Below, in pieces: positions 49,939 to 60,622 of a stretch of 64,000 nt of DNA. Position numbers and translations under genes: made by a program. Each line of letters begins with the position of its first letter. Position 1 is the stretch's first letter. Under the pieces are notes generated by a model. That model searched no databases. It worked only from the letters and a program-made list of their open reading frames with translations, and was not told the DNA's origin. The DNA is from Candidatus Poribacteria bacterium (GTDB taxonomy: Bacteria; Poribacteria; WGA-4E; WGA-3G), in contig OZ240248.1 of NCBI GenBank assembly GCA_965198235.1, positions 128,001-192,000 on the forward strand, read 5' to 3'.

Positions 49939-51348
49939 TTAATCTACGATTAAGGGGAGTTGTTGTGAGGATTCTTCCACAAATGGAATCGGATATTTTC
50001 CATCAAAACAGGTGGTACAAAAATCCTGAGGTGTTTCCACGGATTGGAGCATTCCCTCAATACTCAGATAACCCAGACTGTCAGCGCGGATATACTTGCG
50101 GATTTCCTCAATTGTATGTGAACTCGCAATTAATTCACTACGGGTCGGCGTGTCTACACCATAGAAACATGCGAATTTATTCGGAGGGGATGCAATGCGC
50201 AGATGGACGGCTGTCGCGCCGCCTTGCCGAACGATCTTGATGAGTTTCCTGCTGTTTGTCCCCCGCATGATTGAGTCGTCTACAAGCACGACCCGTTTAC
50301 CGCGCAGCACATCGCGCACTGGGTTCAGTTTTATCTTCACCATCAGCTCTCGGACATCCTGCGTCGGGTTCATGAAGGAACGACCGACGAAAGTGTTCCG
50401 AGAAAGCCCTAAATCGAACGGGATGCCAGATTCTTCGGCGTATCCGAGAGCGGCGATTGTTGCAGAATCAGGCACTGGGATAACAACATCTGCTTTGACG
50501 GGGTGTTCGCGGGCGAGTTGTCTGCCGAATTCACGGCGCGTGTTGTTTACACTCTGCCCAAACATCATGCTATCTGGTCGCGCCAAGTAGATATATTCAA
50601 AGATGCACTGCGATAATTGCGATTGTCTTTTATGAAAGCGAAACGACTCTACACCGCGATAGTTGGAACGTGTAAATACTAACTCCCCTGGCTCTATCTC
50701 ACGTATTGGTTCCGCTTCAATCACATCAAGCGCACACGTCTCGGAAGCTAACACGTATGCGTTACCGAGCTTACCGAGCCAGAGAGGTCGAAATCCGTGG
50801 GCATCGCGGGCTCCTATCAGCGTGTTTTTATCCATGCATACAAACGAATACGCACCCTCAATACTTCGCAGCGCGTCAATAATTCTATATTCCAACGCCT
50901 GCTTCCGAGAGTGCGCTATCAAGTGGAAAATGACTTCAGTATCCAAACTCGTGCTAAAGATGGAACCGGCATCCTCTAAGTGATTCCGAACTTGCGGCGC
51001 ATTGACGAGATTGCCATTGTGACCGAGGGCGAGGGGACCTTGCTTGTAGTTCCGAACCAAAGGCTGCGCGTTTTCAAGCGTGCTTGCCCCTGCTGTTGAA
51101 TAGCGGTTGTGTCCGATAGCGATATGCCCTTCCAGTCCCGCCAAAGCCTCAGTGGTGAAGACAGAATGAACAAGTCCCATACCGTGGTGGTATGTGAACT
51201 TCTCTCCGTCTGACGCGACAATACCGCTACTTTCCTGACCCCGATGCTGAAGGGCGCGTAACCCCAAATACGTCAATTCTACCGCTTTTGGATGGCCGAA
51301 AACGCCGAACACACCGCATTCGTCCTTTGGTTTATCATCGTATTGCAT
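49939..51348 (-). CDS. purF: Amidophosphoribosyltransferase
   Basis: Propeptide then CGVFG, LQHRGQES, HNRYST, VDDSIMRGT, Fe-S Cys in CIFE, CFYG and CTTC. Confidence 0.97.
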   Translation of the reverse strand: MQYDDKPKDECGVFGVFGHPKAVELTYLGLRALQHRGQESSGIVASDGEKFTYHHGMGLVHSVFTTEALAGLEGHIAIGHNRYSTAGASTLENAQPLVRNYKQGPLALGHNGNLVNAPQVRNHLEDAGSIFSTSLDTEVIFHLIAHSRKQALEYRIIDALRSIEGAYSFVCMDKNTLIGARDAHGFRPLWLGKLGNAYVLASETCALDVIEAEPIREIEPGELVFTRSNYRGVESFRFHKRQSQLSQCIFEYIYLARPDSMMFGQSVNNTRREFGRQLAREHPVKADVVIPVPDSATIAALGYAEESGIPFDLGLSRNTFVGRSFMNPTQDVRELMVKIKLNPVRDVLRGKRVVLVDDSIMRGTNSRKLIKIVRQGGATAVHLRIASPPNKFACFYGVDTPTRSELIASSHTIEEIRKYIRADSLGYLSIEGMLQSVETPQDFCTTCFDGKYPIPFVEESSQQLPLIVD

Positions 51349-51420
51349 TTTGATGGGTGAAACCTCCAGCGTGCACGCTTGAATTTTCGCAACTGTTCAT
51401 TAAAGAACCCTTTCGTGAAT

Positions 51421-51963
51421 TTAAGCCTGTTCTGCACTCACTTCCGTGTTTTCTACCGGTGTTAACCTGTATCCTAATATTGCACCGATAGGAACAGCAA
51501 GAATGTACCAGATTTCGACTGGCAAACCGAGGTGCACCCACCCGCGCATGGGTAACGAGATAATATACGCAAGTGTTTTAAGAACTGGCAGGAGCAACGC
51601 CAAGATCAGATTTGGTCTGCCAAATATTTCCCATGGAACGTTGAGTAAGGCAAGCAAACCGACGACAGCAGGTGGACCCAAAAATGCACCCGAACAAAGC
51701 GGTTTTAGAGGAACATCGGTGCCAAATTTTCGACTCACAAAGCGGATCCCTGTGCTTGCCCCCATAATCACAATCCCGTATGTGACGCTCAACGAGATGA
51801 GGAGGAATAAACCTACCCAGAAACCGTGGCTGACTCGGTTTCCAAGTAGTAATTGCCAAATAAAATTCTCAAATATCAGCAGGCAAATCCACCCGCTTAC
51901 CAGTCCGATGATACTCCCTGCAGCGATTTGCCCAAGCGTTAGTGTTATATTATTTTTTGCCAT
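51421..51963 (-). CDS. Hypothetical multi-TM membrane protein
   Basis: Four to five hydrophobic segments; upstream of and co-oriented with purF. Confidence 0.7.
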   Translation of the reverse strand: MAKNNITLTLGQIAAGSIIGLVSGWICLLIFENFIWQLLLGNRVSHGFWVGLFLLISLSVTYGIVIMGASTGIRFVSRKFGTDVPLKPLCSGAFLGPPAVVGLLALLNVPWEIFGRPNLILALLLPVLKTLAYIISLPMRGWVHLGLPVEIWYILAVPIGAILGYRLTPVENTEVSAEQA

Positions 51964-51982
51964 ATAGCCTAACTCTCTTTTC

Positions 51983-52095
51983 GACTTACGCGATTCATCA
52001 GTTCTTGCTTTTCAAATCATCCTTACTAAAGCGTAGGAATTACAAACCCTTCCTACAAAAGGTAGGCAGACCAAACCGATTCGGCGGAAGCCTTG
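51983..52095. repeat. MITE-like repeat, copy A
   Basis: Aligns over about 110 nt with 53462-53568; begins with the IS701 TIR core GACTTACGC. Confidence 0.65.
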
Positions 52096-52118
52096 TAAGA
52101 AAAAAGTTTTGAAATTTC

Positions 52119-53267
52119 TCAATTTCTTTTCAAAATAACAATCCGGTTGCTGTTTGTGCCCTTCCTGTTATTGGAAACCCCCCAGCAATTTGCCGTTTTT
52201 GTAAAATGCTGATCGTTAATCATCAGTTTTTCAGGCATAAGCCCAGCATCCAATGACGCTTTGACAACAGCGTTCTCTAAAAAGACAGTTCCATTCCGGA
52301 CCTCCCCGACTTCAAATGCGACCCGTCCTCCATGCTTCAATACCCGACGCAGTTCCACAAAGACATCTGTCATCCGAGTAACCCAATCCTCCAGCGATTT
52401 TAATTGCCAAATTTTGCCCTGTTCAATTTCTACACCACAAAACCACATCCGTAACCAGTTATCTTGCATATAGTCAATAGTGTCAAGAAAAGGTGGCGAA
52501 GTGACAACCAAATCAACTGATTCGTCCTCAATTTGAGGAGTTCTGTCGGCGGATTCGGTAAGAAGCAAAGCATCATCACGCCAAAAATGATCCGGTAGAC
52601 TATGCCTCAACAACTGCTTCGATTTGCGGTGTATCAGAGCCCTCGTATCCCGATATTCAGGTTTCTGATTTCGTTTTTCGTTGATTCTTCGTTGAGAAGC
52701 AACCGAAGCTGCAAGATTCGGTGGAAGGGTGAAGACTGAGAAAAAACCGCTAGAATGCCCCGTCAACCGACTAGATGCCACCATTTGTAACCATGCATCG
52801 ACAGGGTCAAGTTGTTTTTGTTGGAAATAGGAACGCCATCCGTAAATCTCTTGCAGTGTGTCCTCGTGAAAAAAGACGAGGAGTTCTTTGTCTATTCCTT
52901 CGCCAGTAGATAGGTTGATTTCCTGTAACCGCTTTTCCATCTCTGCTAACGTCGGTGGGTTGAGACGAGGATATGTGAGGATTTTAGACAATGGATTCAC
53001 ATCATTGCCAATGACACGGTGCCCGTGCAACTGTGCTTCTACCAATGTTGTCCCCCGTCCCATAAACGGATCATAAACTACAGATTCCGATTCGCAGAAC
53101 TTCTGGATGAAATATCCCGGTAACTGCGGTTTGTAACAGGCACGATATGAAACCTCATGAAGAGAATGTCCAGCGCGTTGTTTCGCTGTCCAAAACTCCT
53201 CTACATGAGTAGGGAGGTGAATCGTATAATCGTTGGGTCTGTTAAAATCAAAGGCTAATTGCATCAT
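52119..53267 (-). CDS. Orphan amino (N4-C/N6-A) DNA methyltransferase
   Basis: YDPFMGRGTT SAM-binding motif before the catalytic VVTSPPF. Confidence 0.88.
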   Translation of the reverse strand: MMQLAFDFNRPNDYTIHLPTHVEEFWTAKQRAGHSLHEVSYRACYKPQLPGYFIQKFCESESVVYDPFMGRGTTLVEAQLHGHRVIGNDVNPLSKILTYPRLNPPTLAEMEKRLQEINLSTGEGIDKELLVFFHEDTLQEIYGWRSYFQQKQLDPVDAWLQMVASSRLTGHSSGFFSVFTLPPNLAASVASQRRINEKRNQKPEYRDTRALIHRKSKQLLRHSLPDHFWRDDALLLTESADRTPQIEDESVDLVVTSPPFLDTIDYMQDNWLRMWFCGVEIEQGKIWQLKSLEDWVTRMTDVFVELRRVLKHGGRVAFEVGEVRNGTVFLENAVVKASLDAGLMPEKLMINDQHFTKTANCWGVSNNRKGTNSNRIVILKRN

Positions 53268-53461
53268 ACACTATGAACAATCTCCCTATGGCAATGAATT
53301 TGCGGACTAGATTATTTTACTATAGTGATGCCACTTGCCAATATCTTGTGATTCACAGAGGCTTCAAGCCTAACATTCACGGCAGTTGTAGGTTCAAGGA
53401 AGTCCAATCGAATAGCGTCACTTGAATAGTATATCACAAAAGCAAAAAGATACAAGTTCAG

Positions 53462-53568
53462 GACTTACGCAGGGCATCGTTCCTTGCTTTTCAAACCCTT
53501 CCTCTAAAGAGTGAGAGTCATAACCACTCCTACAAGAGACAGACTATACCAATTCGGCAGAAGGCCTA
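53462..53568. repeat. MITE-like repeat, copy B
   Basis: Direct, diverged repeat of 51983-52095. Confidence 0.65.
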
Positions 53569-53791
53569 TTAAACTTAATTCTATTGTATCACGATGCAAC
53601 ATTATTGTCAAAATAATCTCATCTTTTTTCTATCAGAGAATTGGTTTGACACAATTTTGGTTTTCAATTAAACTATTTCCACGAATTGCAGTTCTTACGT
53701 TCGATCTCTTATCGTAAGCGGCGGATTCAGTGCCGTTTCCAAATTGTGCAATTAAGGCACAATTTGTCTTTGTTTTACATTGGAGGCTCTC

Positions 53792-54436
53792 ATGTCGGAA
53801 ATTCTCGTGTTATCAGGTGAGAATCACGGTTTCAATGCAAGTGCCAGCGTCATTCACGATTTTCTCTCCGAAGATGCTAATATTTCAGCGGCGTTAACTG
53901 ACGATAAAGGAATTTTAGCATCAGCGGAGTTGAATACCTACGATGCGTGCGTCTTTGGCACCGGCTTCACGCGTACAGAGCGTCAAGCCGACGGCTCCAC
54001 CGCTCGTATCTCCGATTTAGCACCAGCTGAAGAAGATGGCTTGTACCAATTTGTCAGTAGCGGCAAAGGGTTGGTCGGTATTCACGGCACCGCATGGTGG
54101 ATCGGTGGTCGCGCCGTGGATCTTATCGGTGGACATTCCAATTGGCATCCACCCGGCTCGACTTTCACTGTCCATATTGAGGATAGCGAACATCCGACGA
54201 CCCAAGGTATTGAAGATTTTGATGTGGAAGATGAGATCTATATCTCTGCACACGATCCGCACATTCACGTGTTGGCATCCGCTGAGTGGTTCGGCAAAGC
54301 ACATCCCATGGCGTGGGTGAAGTCTTACGGTTCTGGACGTGTCTTTTACACCACTTTAGGGCACGGACCGGGAACCTTCGAGCGCGCAGGAATGCAGAAG
54401 TTCCTCACTCAAGGCGTGAAATGGGCGGCATCGTAA
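53792..54436 (+). CDS. ThuA-like domain protein
   Basis: GKGLVGIH, HPTTQG..DF.VEDEIY, YGSGRVFYTTLGH. Confidence 0.88.
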   Translation: MSEILVLSGENHGFNASASVIHDFLSEDANISAALTDDKGILASAELNTYDACVFGTGFTRTERQADGSTARISDLAPAEEDGLYQFVSSGKGLVGIHGTAWWIGGRAVDLIGGHSNWHPPGSTFTVHIEDSEHPTTQGIEDFDVEDEIYISAHDPHIHVLASAEWFGKAHPMAWVKSYGSGRVFYTTLGHGPGTFERAGMQKFLTQGVKWAAS

Positions 54437-54489
54437 TAACCCGTGAGGCGAGGCACCCATGTCTCGCCGCTCCATTATCTGAGATGGAA

Positions 54490-55569
54490 ATGCCCATACT
54501 AAAAATCACGAACATAGAGACTACGGTCGTTCAGGTAAATGACCGCGGTAATTGGCTCTTCGTCAAGGTACATGCTGACGATGGCACAATCGGCATCGGC
54601 GAGGCTTCCCACGGCAGGAATGACGCGCACGTTCAACACGTCATTAACACCCTCAAATCTACGCTCGTCGGATGGAATCCATTTCAACTGGAGGCATTTC
54701 GCCAGCGTTTCTATCACGACTCTGAAAGCCACACCTACCATACCGCTCTCAGCGGGATCGAGCAGGCGATGTGTGATCTGATAGGTAAGGCTCTAAATGT
54801 GCCGAGTTATCAATTGTTGGGTGGCAAGTGCCGAGAAAAAATCCGTCTCTACGCAAATATTAACCGCGCAACAGTCGATCGCAGTCCTCTCGGTTTTGCT
54901 CACAATGCCGAGCGCGCCGTTGCCGAAGGGTTTACCGCCATAAAATGCGCGCCCTTTGACGATGTTTCCGTCGCGAATGTTTCGCGCGGAACGCTAACCC
55001 CTGCTATCTGCGCCGGAATTGATCGCGTCCGCACAATTCGCACCGCAATTGGTGCAGATATCGATCTCATGGTGGATTGCCATAGTCGTTTTAATCCGGG
55101 TATTCTCATCCAAGTCGCTAAGGAACTCGAGGATTTGCACCTCTTCTGGATTGAGGATGCCGTGCCGCTGGATAATCTCGATGCCTTCGCCTATATAAGT
55201 CAATCCATTGGTATCCCGATTGCCACCGGCGAGCGCTTACGAACTCTCACAGACTTTGATAGGTTGCTAACCCAAGCACACGTTGATTATATTTTACCGG
55301 ATGTCAAGCATGTTGGCGGAATTTCGGGTTTGAAAAAAGTCGCGACGCTTGCTGCTGCGAGAAACATCATGGTAACACCTCACAATCCGAGCGGTCCCGT
55401 CGCGACCGCCGCGAGTGTGCAATGCATGGCGAGTGTCCCGAATTTCGCAATCCTTGAATACGCATGGGGCGAAGTAGACTGGCGCGCTTCTCTTATTGAT
55501 CCACCGGAAGAAATCCTTGATGGATTTATTGAAGTGCCTTCCCGAACCGGATTAGGCATTACGTTCTAA
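54490..55569 (+). CDS. Mandelate racemase/muconate lactonizing enzyme family (galactonate dehydratase-like)
   Basis: WLFVKV, GIGEA, ALSGIEQAMCD, MVDCH, WIED, ATGE, PHNPSGP. Confidence 0.9.
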   Translation: MPILKITNIETTVVQVNDRGNWLFVKVHADDGTIGIGEASHGRNDAHVQHVINTLKSTLVGWNPFQLEAFRQRFYHDSESHTYHTALSGIEQAMCDLIGKALNVPSYQLLGGKCREKIRLYANINRATVDRSPLGFAHNAERAVAEGFTAIKCAPFDDVSVANVSRGTLTPAICAGIDRVRTIRTAIGADIDLMVDCHSRFNPGILIQVAKELEDLHLFWIEDAVPLDNLDAFAYISQSIGIPIATGERLRTLTDFDRLLTQAHVDYILPDVKHVGGISGLKKVATLAAARNIMVTPHNPSGPVATAASVQCMASVPNFAILEYAWGEVDWRASLIDPPEEILDGFIEVPSRTGLGITF

Positions 55570-55588
55570 AATATATCAGGAGCGATAA

Positions 55589-56365
55589 ATGATACTTTGC
55601 AATCTTGACAGGCAAGCTATCTCGAAATTTATTCCCCTTTGTCTCTTTCTACTCGTCGTTACCCTTGCTGGATGCCTCGGAAATCTGCAGACGATGCAAA
55701 CGGCAACCGACGCGCCTGCCCCCGCTACAGAGACAGAGGAATCACCACGTCCGCTCGTCGAACTTCAACTTTCGACCCCTAAAACAAATTATGCCGCGAA
55801 GGAAGAGATCCCCCTTGAACTCAATATTCAGAACGGTAAATTTGACCTTCTTGTGCCTTCTTTTAGCGTTGCGACAAAGGGAGCCTTTACGCAGATAACA
55901 GTGACGGACGCGAACGGACAAGTTGTCGAACCGAAACGCGCAATTACACAAGAGAATCCACAGAAATATGTAACGCAAGACGGAAAATCCATCCGATGTA
56001 TTCACGGATTTGAACTCAAAGCCGACGCACGTCAGGAACTGAAATTGAAAGATATACAGCGATACTATCAGTTACAACCCGGTACTTACACGATAACACT
56101 TACGATTGAGTTGGAAGTTTACCGAGAATCTATAATCGAGGAACATCCGGAAGTACTTGAGTTGCAACGTGATCTCGCACGGATCCAGAGAGATCCAAAT
56201 CTTCAAACAGCTGCAAAGCAGGACGCTCTCAATTACTACCAAGAACAGATTAAATTTATTAAAGAGAGACACAAGGATGAAGTGAAGGACATTTACTTAC
56301 CTGTCAAATCACGTCGTGGGAAGACATCACTTGTATCTAACGAAATCACACTAACGATAAAGTAG
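55589..56365 (+). CDS. Hypothetical lipoprotein
   Basis: LAGC lipobox; paralog of the next gene. Confidence 0.75.
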   Translation: MILCNLDRQAISKFIPLCLFLLVVTLAGCLGNLQTMQTATDAPAPATETEESPRPLVELQLSTPKTNYAAKEEIPLELNIQNGKFDLLVPSFSVATKGAFTQITVTDANGQVVEPKRAITQENPQKYVTQDGKSIRCIHGFELKADARQELKLKDIQRYYQLQPGTYTITLTIELEVYRESIIEEHPEVLELQRDLARIQRDPNLQTAAKQDALNYYQEQIKFIKERHKDEVKDIYLPVKSRRGKTSLVSNEITLTIK

Positions 56366-56373
56366 CGTTCTCT

Positions 56374-57099
56374 ATGAAAATATTTAAAAACCTTGCGTTT
56401 CCTTGTCTATTTCTGATTTTTAGTGTGGCAGGGTGCGTCACAAGTTCGCAAACCCCCTCTCTACCAACGGATGTAGCGACTGCTACTTCAGGTGTTGTCC
56501 TCTCTCTTACCACGCCGAGATTAACTTACGCGCCCAAAGAACCTATCTCTCTTGAACTCAGTATTCAGGGCGGCGAGTTTAATCTGCTCGTTCCTTTTGC
56601 CAATGTCGCAACAGCCGGTGCGTTTACCCAATTGAAAGTAACCGATACCAACGGCAACATTGTCGAACCCAATCGCTCGATTACACTGCCCAGTACAGAA
56701 GAAATTTTTATCGAAAAAGAGGGTAAATCTATCCAGTATATCCGAGGATTTGAATTGAAATCTGCCGCGACACAGATTGTCTCTTTGGCAGATGTGCGAA
56801 AATATTATGAGTTTCAGAAAGGTAATTACACAATCGTACTCACGATGGCGTTACCGGTTTACCGAGATTTTTTGAAAAAGCGACATCCAGAGGTCATAGA
56901 ATTAGAGGAGGAGATTAAGCGGATTCAGAAGATCACAGACGCACATGTTTCCGCTGCCGACAAACGTTCCGCAGTGAACGACCTACAACAACAGATTGAA
57001 CGCCTCGAAAAGAAATCCAACGATATCTACTTGCCTATCAGATCGCTGCTCGGTCCGGCATCGCTCACGTCCAACAGTGTTGTTCTGACAATAGAATAG
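56374..57099 (+). CDS. Hypothetical lipoprotein (tandem paralog)
   Basis: VAGC lipobox; shares YAxKExIxLEL, GAFTQxxVTDxNG, GFELK and DIYLP. Confidence 0.75.
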   Translation: MKIFKNLAFPCLFLIFSVAGCVTSSQTPSLPTDVATATSGVVLSLTTPRLTYAPKEPISLELSIQGGEFNLLVPFANVATAGAFTQLKVTDTNGNIVEPNRSITLPSTEEIFIEKEGKSIQYIRGFELKSAATQIVSLADVRKYYEFQKGNYTIVLTMALPVYRDFLKKRHPEVIELEEEIKRIQKITDAHVSAADKRSAVNDLQQQIERLEKKSNDIYLPIRSLLGPASLTSNSVVLTIE

Positions 57100-57292
57100 G
57101 GATTTGGCAAAGTATTTAATCTGTGTATCAGATCTGAGTTATGCCAACTGCTACGACGCTTAGCCAAATATCTCAGATACCACATATTGATTACGGAGAA
57201 TCCTAATTAGGATGGTATACAATTTGCTATGGTGTACACAACACCTATAAATTACTCACCCGATGTTTTCTGCACAGGTTAAAAATTTTTAC

Positions 57293-57321
57293 TTGCAAAT
57301 TGGCGTAAAATGATATATAAT
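57293..57321 (+). promoter_or_regulatory. nuo operon promoter
   Basis: TTGCAA-N17-TATAAT. Confidence 0.6.
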
Positions 57322-57388
57322 TTTAACTAACGAAATCGTATATGCACGAAAGTTTTCGCGACATCGCGGTTCTCAAGGATAATCCAGA

Positions 57389-57799
57389 ATGCTTTTTAAC
57401 TTTGCAAATGTGCTAATCTTCTTGATCGTTGGCTGTTTATTTGTCGTTCTAAACCTTACTGTCTCTCGCCTCCTCCAGACTAAGCTGTTCTCAGGCGAAA
57501 AGTATATCCCCTATGAATGCGGCGAAGATCCGATCGGTGATACGCGGATTAAGTTTAACACCCGTTTTTACGTCATCGCGCTCATTTTCCTAATCTTCGA
57601 CGTGGAAGCCGTGTTTCTTTTCCCGTGGGCGGTCGTCTTCCGGGACTTCGGGCTTTTCGCATTTTTGGAGATGCTCGTTTTCATCGCTATTCTGTTAGTC
57701 GGGCTTGCCTACGTCTGGGCAAAAGGAGATCTGGAGTGGATCCGATCCACGCAGTTGGAAGTCCAATCCGTCCGGAGGGAAGAAAGTTATGATAATTGA
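57389..57799 (+). CDS. nuoA: NADH-quinone oxidoreductase subunit A
   Basis: [29 protein letters not shown]. Confidence 0.96.
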   Translation: MLFNFANVLIFLIVGCLFVVLNLTVSRLLQTKLFSGEKYIPYECGEDPIGDTRIKFNTRFYVIALIFLIFDVEAVFLFPWAVVFRDFGLFAFLEMLVFIAILLVGLAYVWAKGDLEWIRSTQLEVQSVRREESYDN

Positions 57800-58370
57800 T
57801 GAAAAACTGGACAAAAATGTTATTGTTACCTCAGTTGATGCCGTCGCCAACTGGGCACGCGCCTCTGCACTCTGGCCCATGACGTTCGGACTCGCCTGCT
57901 GCGCCATTGAATTTATGGCAACCGCCGCTTCCAATTACGATTTGGACCGATTCGGGGCAGGTGTGCCGCGCGCGACCCCGCGTCAATCCGACCTCATGGT
58001 AATCTCTGGCACGGTGACCCTCAAAATGGCAACACGGATCAAACGGCTTTATGAACAGATGCCGGAACCGAAATACGTCATTTCGATGGGCAGTTGCGCT
58101 ACCAGTGGCGGGCCCTATTGGCAACACGGGTACCACGTCCTCAAAGGCGTTGATCGGATTATCCCTGTTGACGTTTACGTGCCTGGATGTCCTCCGCGCC
58201 CGGAAGCACTTATTGAAGGATTGCTCAAATTACAAGAGAAAATCAAAACGCAGACAGTCGCGAAACGCGATCATGTGCCGTTTTTAAAGAGACTCTTTAC
58301 CAAAACGGAGTGGTACGAGCTTGAAGAGACTGAAGCTGCAGAAGGCGATGACGCTGAAACTAACGTCTAA
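57789..58370 (+). CDS. nuoB: NADH-quinone oxidoreductase subunit B
   Basis: [28 protein letters not shown]. Confidence 0.97.
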   Translation: MIIDEKLDKNVIVTSVDAVANWARASALWPMTFGLACCAIEFMATAASNYDLDRFGAGVPRATPRQSDLMVISGTVTLKMATRIKRLYEQMPEPKYVISMGSCATSGGPYWQHGYHVLKGVDRIIPVDVYVPGCPPRPEALIEGLLKLQEKIKTQTVAKRDHVPFLKRLFTKTEWYELEETEAAEGDDAETNV

Positions 58371-58384
58371 AGGACCAGTTCGTT

Positions 58385-58450
58385 CAACGGTAGGAGCGAT
58401 TTGGAATCGCGACTTTTCCAACCAACGGTAGGAGCGATTTGGAATCGCGA
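58385..58450. repeat. Tandem pair of GTAG-type REP-like units
   Basis: CAACGGTAGGAGCGATTTGGAATCGCGA twice, 10 nt apart. Confidence 0.8.
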
Positions 58451-58468
58451 TCATGGAGTAGGATATTC

Positions 58469-58954
58469 GTGAAACCAGAAGAAATCTATGAAGTTCTAAC
58501 CAAACAGTTTGGTGAAGCCATCCTCGGTTTTGACACCGAACTCGCTGGTGACCCGAACATTCGCATTGCCTCCTCAGCAATCGCCGATGTGTGTCAATAT
58601 CTCGCCGAAACCGACACATTGGCATTTGATTCCCTGATGTGCCTCAGTGGTGTTGATTTGAGTGCCAACGATGAAGAACTCGCTATCGTCTACCATCTCT
58701 ATGCCATGCAGCACCGGCATAGCGTAGTTTTGAAAACGACTGTTCCGAAAACCGATCCGCACCTCCCAAGTGTTTCGCATATATGGAAAACCGCGGATTG
58801 GCACGAACGCGAAACTTATGACCTTTACGGAATCCTCTTTGAGGGACACAGCGATCTCCGCCGCATCTTGCTTCCCGATGATTGGGAGGGATACCCCCTA
58901 CGTAAGGATTACAAGGAACCTGAATTCTATCGTGGTATGCGCGTGCCGTATTAG
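58469..58954 (+). CDS. nuoC: NADH-quinone oxidoreductase subunit C
   Basis: ADWHERETYDLYGILFEGH.DLRRILLP..WEGYPLRKDY; GTG start. Confidence 0.95.
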   Translation: MKPEEIYEVLTKQFGEAILGFDTELAGDPNIRIASSAIADVCQYLAETDTLAFDSLMCLSGVDLSANDEELAIVYHLYAMQHRHSVVLKTTVPKTDPHLPSVSHIWKTADWHERETYDLYGILFEGHSDLRRILLPDDWEGYPLRKDYKEPEFYRGMRVPY

Positions 58955-59179
58955 GGATAGGGAGATTGAGTTTTCGTCTTGTGTGGCACGATATGAAAAT
59001 GTTACACTTTTCCATTTTTTCGCAACGGACATTAAATTCAAAATGCCTCGGAACTTAGGCAGGACGCTGGTTTGTGGACGTGAATGCGAAGCATGCAATG
59101 TTACACTGGTGTAACATTTTAACGCCGGAGTAATACCCAAATTACGACACGGGCTCTCCCCGAAAAAACAGGTTCAGAT

Positions 59180-59208
59180 TTGACATTGGACGGCAAAAGT
59201 GGTATCAT
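59180..59208 (+). promoter_or_regulatory. Internal promoter upstream of nuoD
   Basis: TTGACA-N17-TATCAT. Confidence 0.55.
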
Positions 59209-59372
59209 ATATAATGGTAAAGTCCAAAAATAGGACAGAACGCGTAAGTCCTACGTAAAAAGAAACGCAGCTTGGAACGAAGTGGAAAGCGGATTTAAGA
59301 GATGGACGTGAAGGCTTCGACTCCGTTGTTTAACCGCAAGGTAAGTTAGAAAAACGTTGCTGAACCCGTATT

Positions 59373-60578
59373 ATGGAAACTACACCACAGACTGAAAGCA
59401 AAATTATAGAGTTAAAACCGTTCGCTGATGAAATGGTCGTCAACATGGGACCTCAGCATCCAAGTACACACGGCGTGTTACGTCTGGAATTGAAATTGGA
59501 TGGTGAAATAGTTCGGGAAGCAATTCCGCACATCGGCTACCTGCACCGCTGTTTCGAGAAGCACTCCGAGAATCTCTCCTATCCTCAAATTATCCCCTTT
59601 ACCGACCGAATGGATTACGTGGCGGCGATGAACCAGAATTGGGGATTCTGTCTCGCTGTTGAGAAATTGTTGGAGGCGGATGAAAGCAAGGAATTCGAGG
59701 TGCCAGAACGGGCGGAATACCTGCGGGTGCTCATCTGTGAATTAAATCGTATTGCAAGCCATCTCCTCTCTTTTGGAACCTACGGGATGGACATCGGCGC
59801 ATTTACCCCCTTTCTCTACGCTTTCCGGGACCGAGAACGGTTACTCCTGCTTTTCGAGAAAGTGTGCGGTGCACGACTCACCTATAATTACATCCGTATC
59901 GGTGGTGTCTCCGAAATCATCCGGATAGAGCCGGGTTCCATTGCCGAACAGAATTTTTTGGACGAAATCGAAGAGTTTTTAGACTATTTTGAACCGCTGA
60001 TTGACGAATATAACGAGCTCCTGACAAAAAACAGTATTTTCTCGGAGCGCACAACGAAGGTCGCTGTTATGTCGGCGGAGATGGCATTGAGCTACGGCGC
60101 GACAGGTCCTAACCTCCGCGGTTCCGGTGTTGATTGGGATTTACGACGAGACGAACCCTACTCTATTTATGACAGGTTTGACTTTGATGTGCCTGTTGCT
60201 GTGGAAGTCCCAGAATTAGGATCGGTCGTTGGGGACTGCTGGAGTCGTTACAAAATACGCATGGATGAAATGAAACAGTCTGTCCGGATTGTACGACAGA
60301 TTTTAGCGGAAGGACTCCCCGGTGGTCCCGTCATGGCAGATTTAAAAGCCGTCCGTCCACCCAAAGGCGAAATCTATTTCCGTAGTGAAGCCCCGCGCGG
60401 TGAACTTGGGTTCTATATTGTCAGCGATGGCACACCGAAGCCAGTCCGTCTCAAGGGACGTTCCCCCTGTTTCAGTGCCTTGAGCGCACTACAGGAGCTC
60501 AGTCGAGGTTTGATGGTCGCAGATATTATCGCCATTATCGGCAGCATTGATATTGTGATGGGAGAAGTAGATCGCTAA
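59373..60578 (+). CDS. nuoD: NADH-quinone oxidoreductase subunit D
   Basis: NMGPQHPSTHGVLRL, GYLHRCFEK, EAPRGELG, DIVMGEVDR. Confidence 0.97.
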   Translation: METTPQTESKIIELKPFADEMVVNMGPQHPSTHGVLRLELKLDGEIVREAIPHIGYLHRCFEKHSENLSYPQIIPFTDRMDYVAAMNQNWGFCLAVEKLLEADESKEFEVPERAEYLRVLICELNRIASHLLSFGTYGMDIGAFTPFLYAFRDRERLLLLFEKVCGARLTYNYIRIGGVSEIIRIEPGSIAEQNFLDEIEEFLDYFEPLIDEYNELLTKNSIFSERTTKVAVMSAEMALSYGATGPNLRGSGVDWDLRRDEPYSIYDRFDFDVPVAVEVPELGSVVGDCWSRYKIRMDEMKQSVRIVRQILAEGLPGGPVMADLKAVRPPKGEIYFRSEAPRGELGFYIVSDGTPKPVRLKGRSPCFSALSALQELSRGLMVADIIAIIGSIDIVMGEVDR

Positions 60579-60622
60579 ACGCGCCTCATAGCGAAGTTGA
60601 CCGAATCAGATAAGGAGGTCAG

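Noticed and set aside
58385-58450. Two identical 28-bp repeats as a mini-CRISPR
   Set aside because: Only two units, a 10-nt spacer, a GTAG REP-like palindrome and no cas genes.
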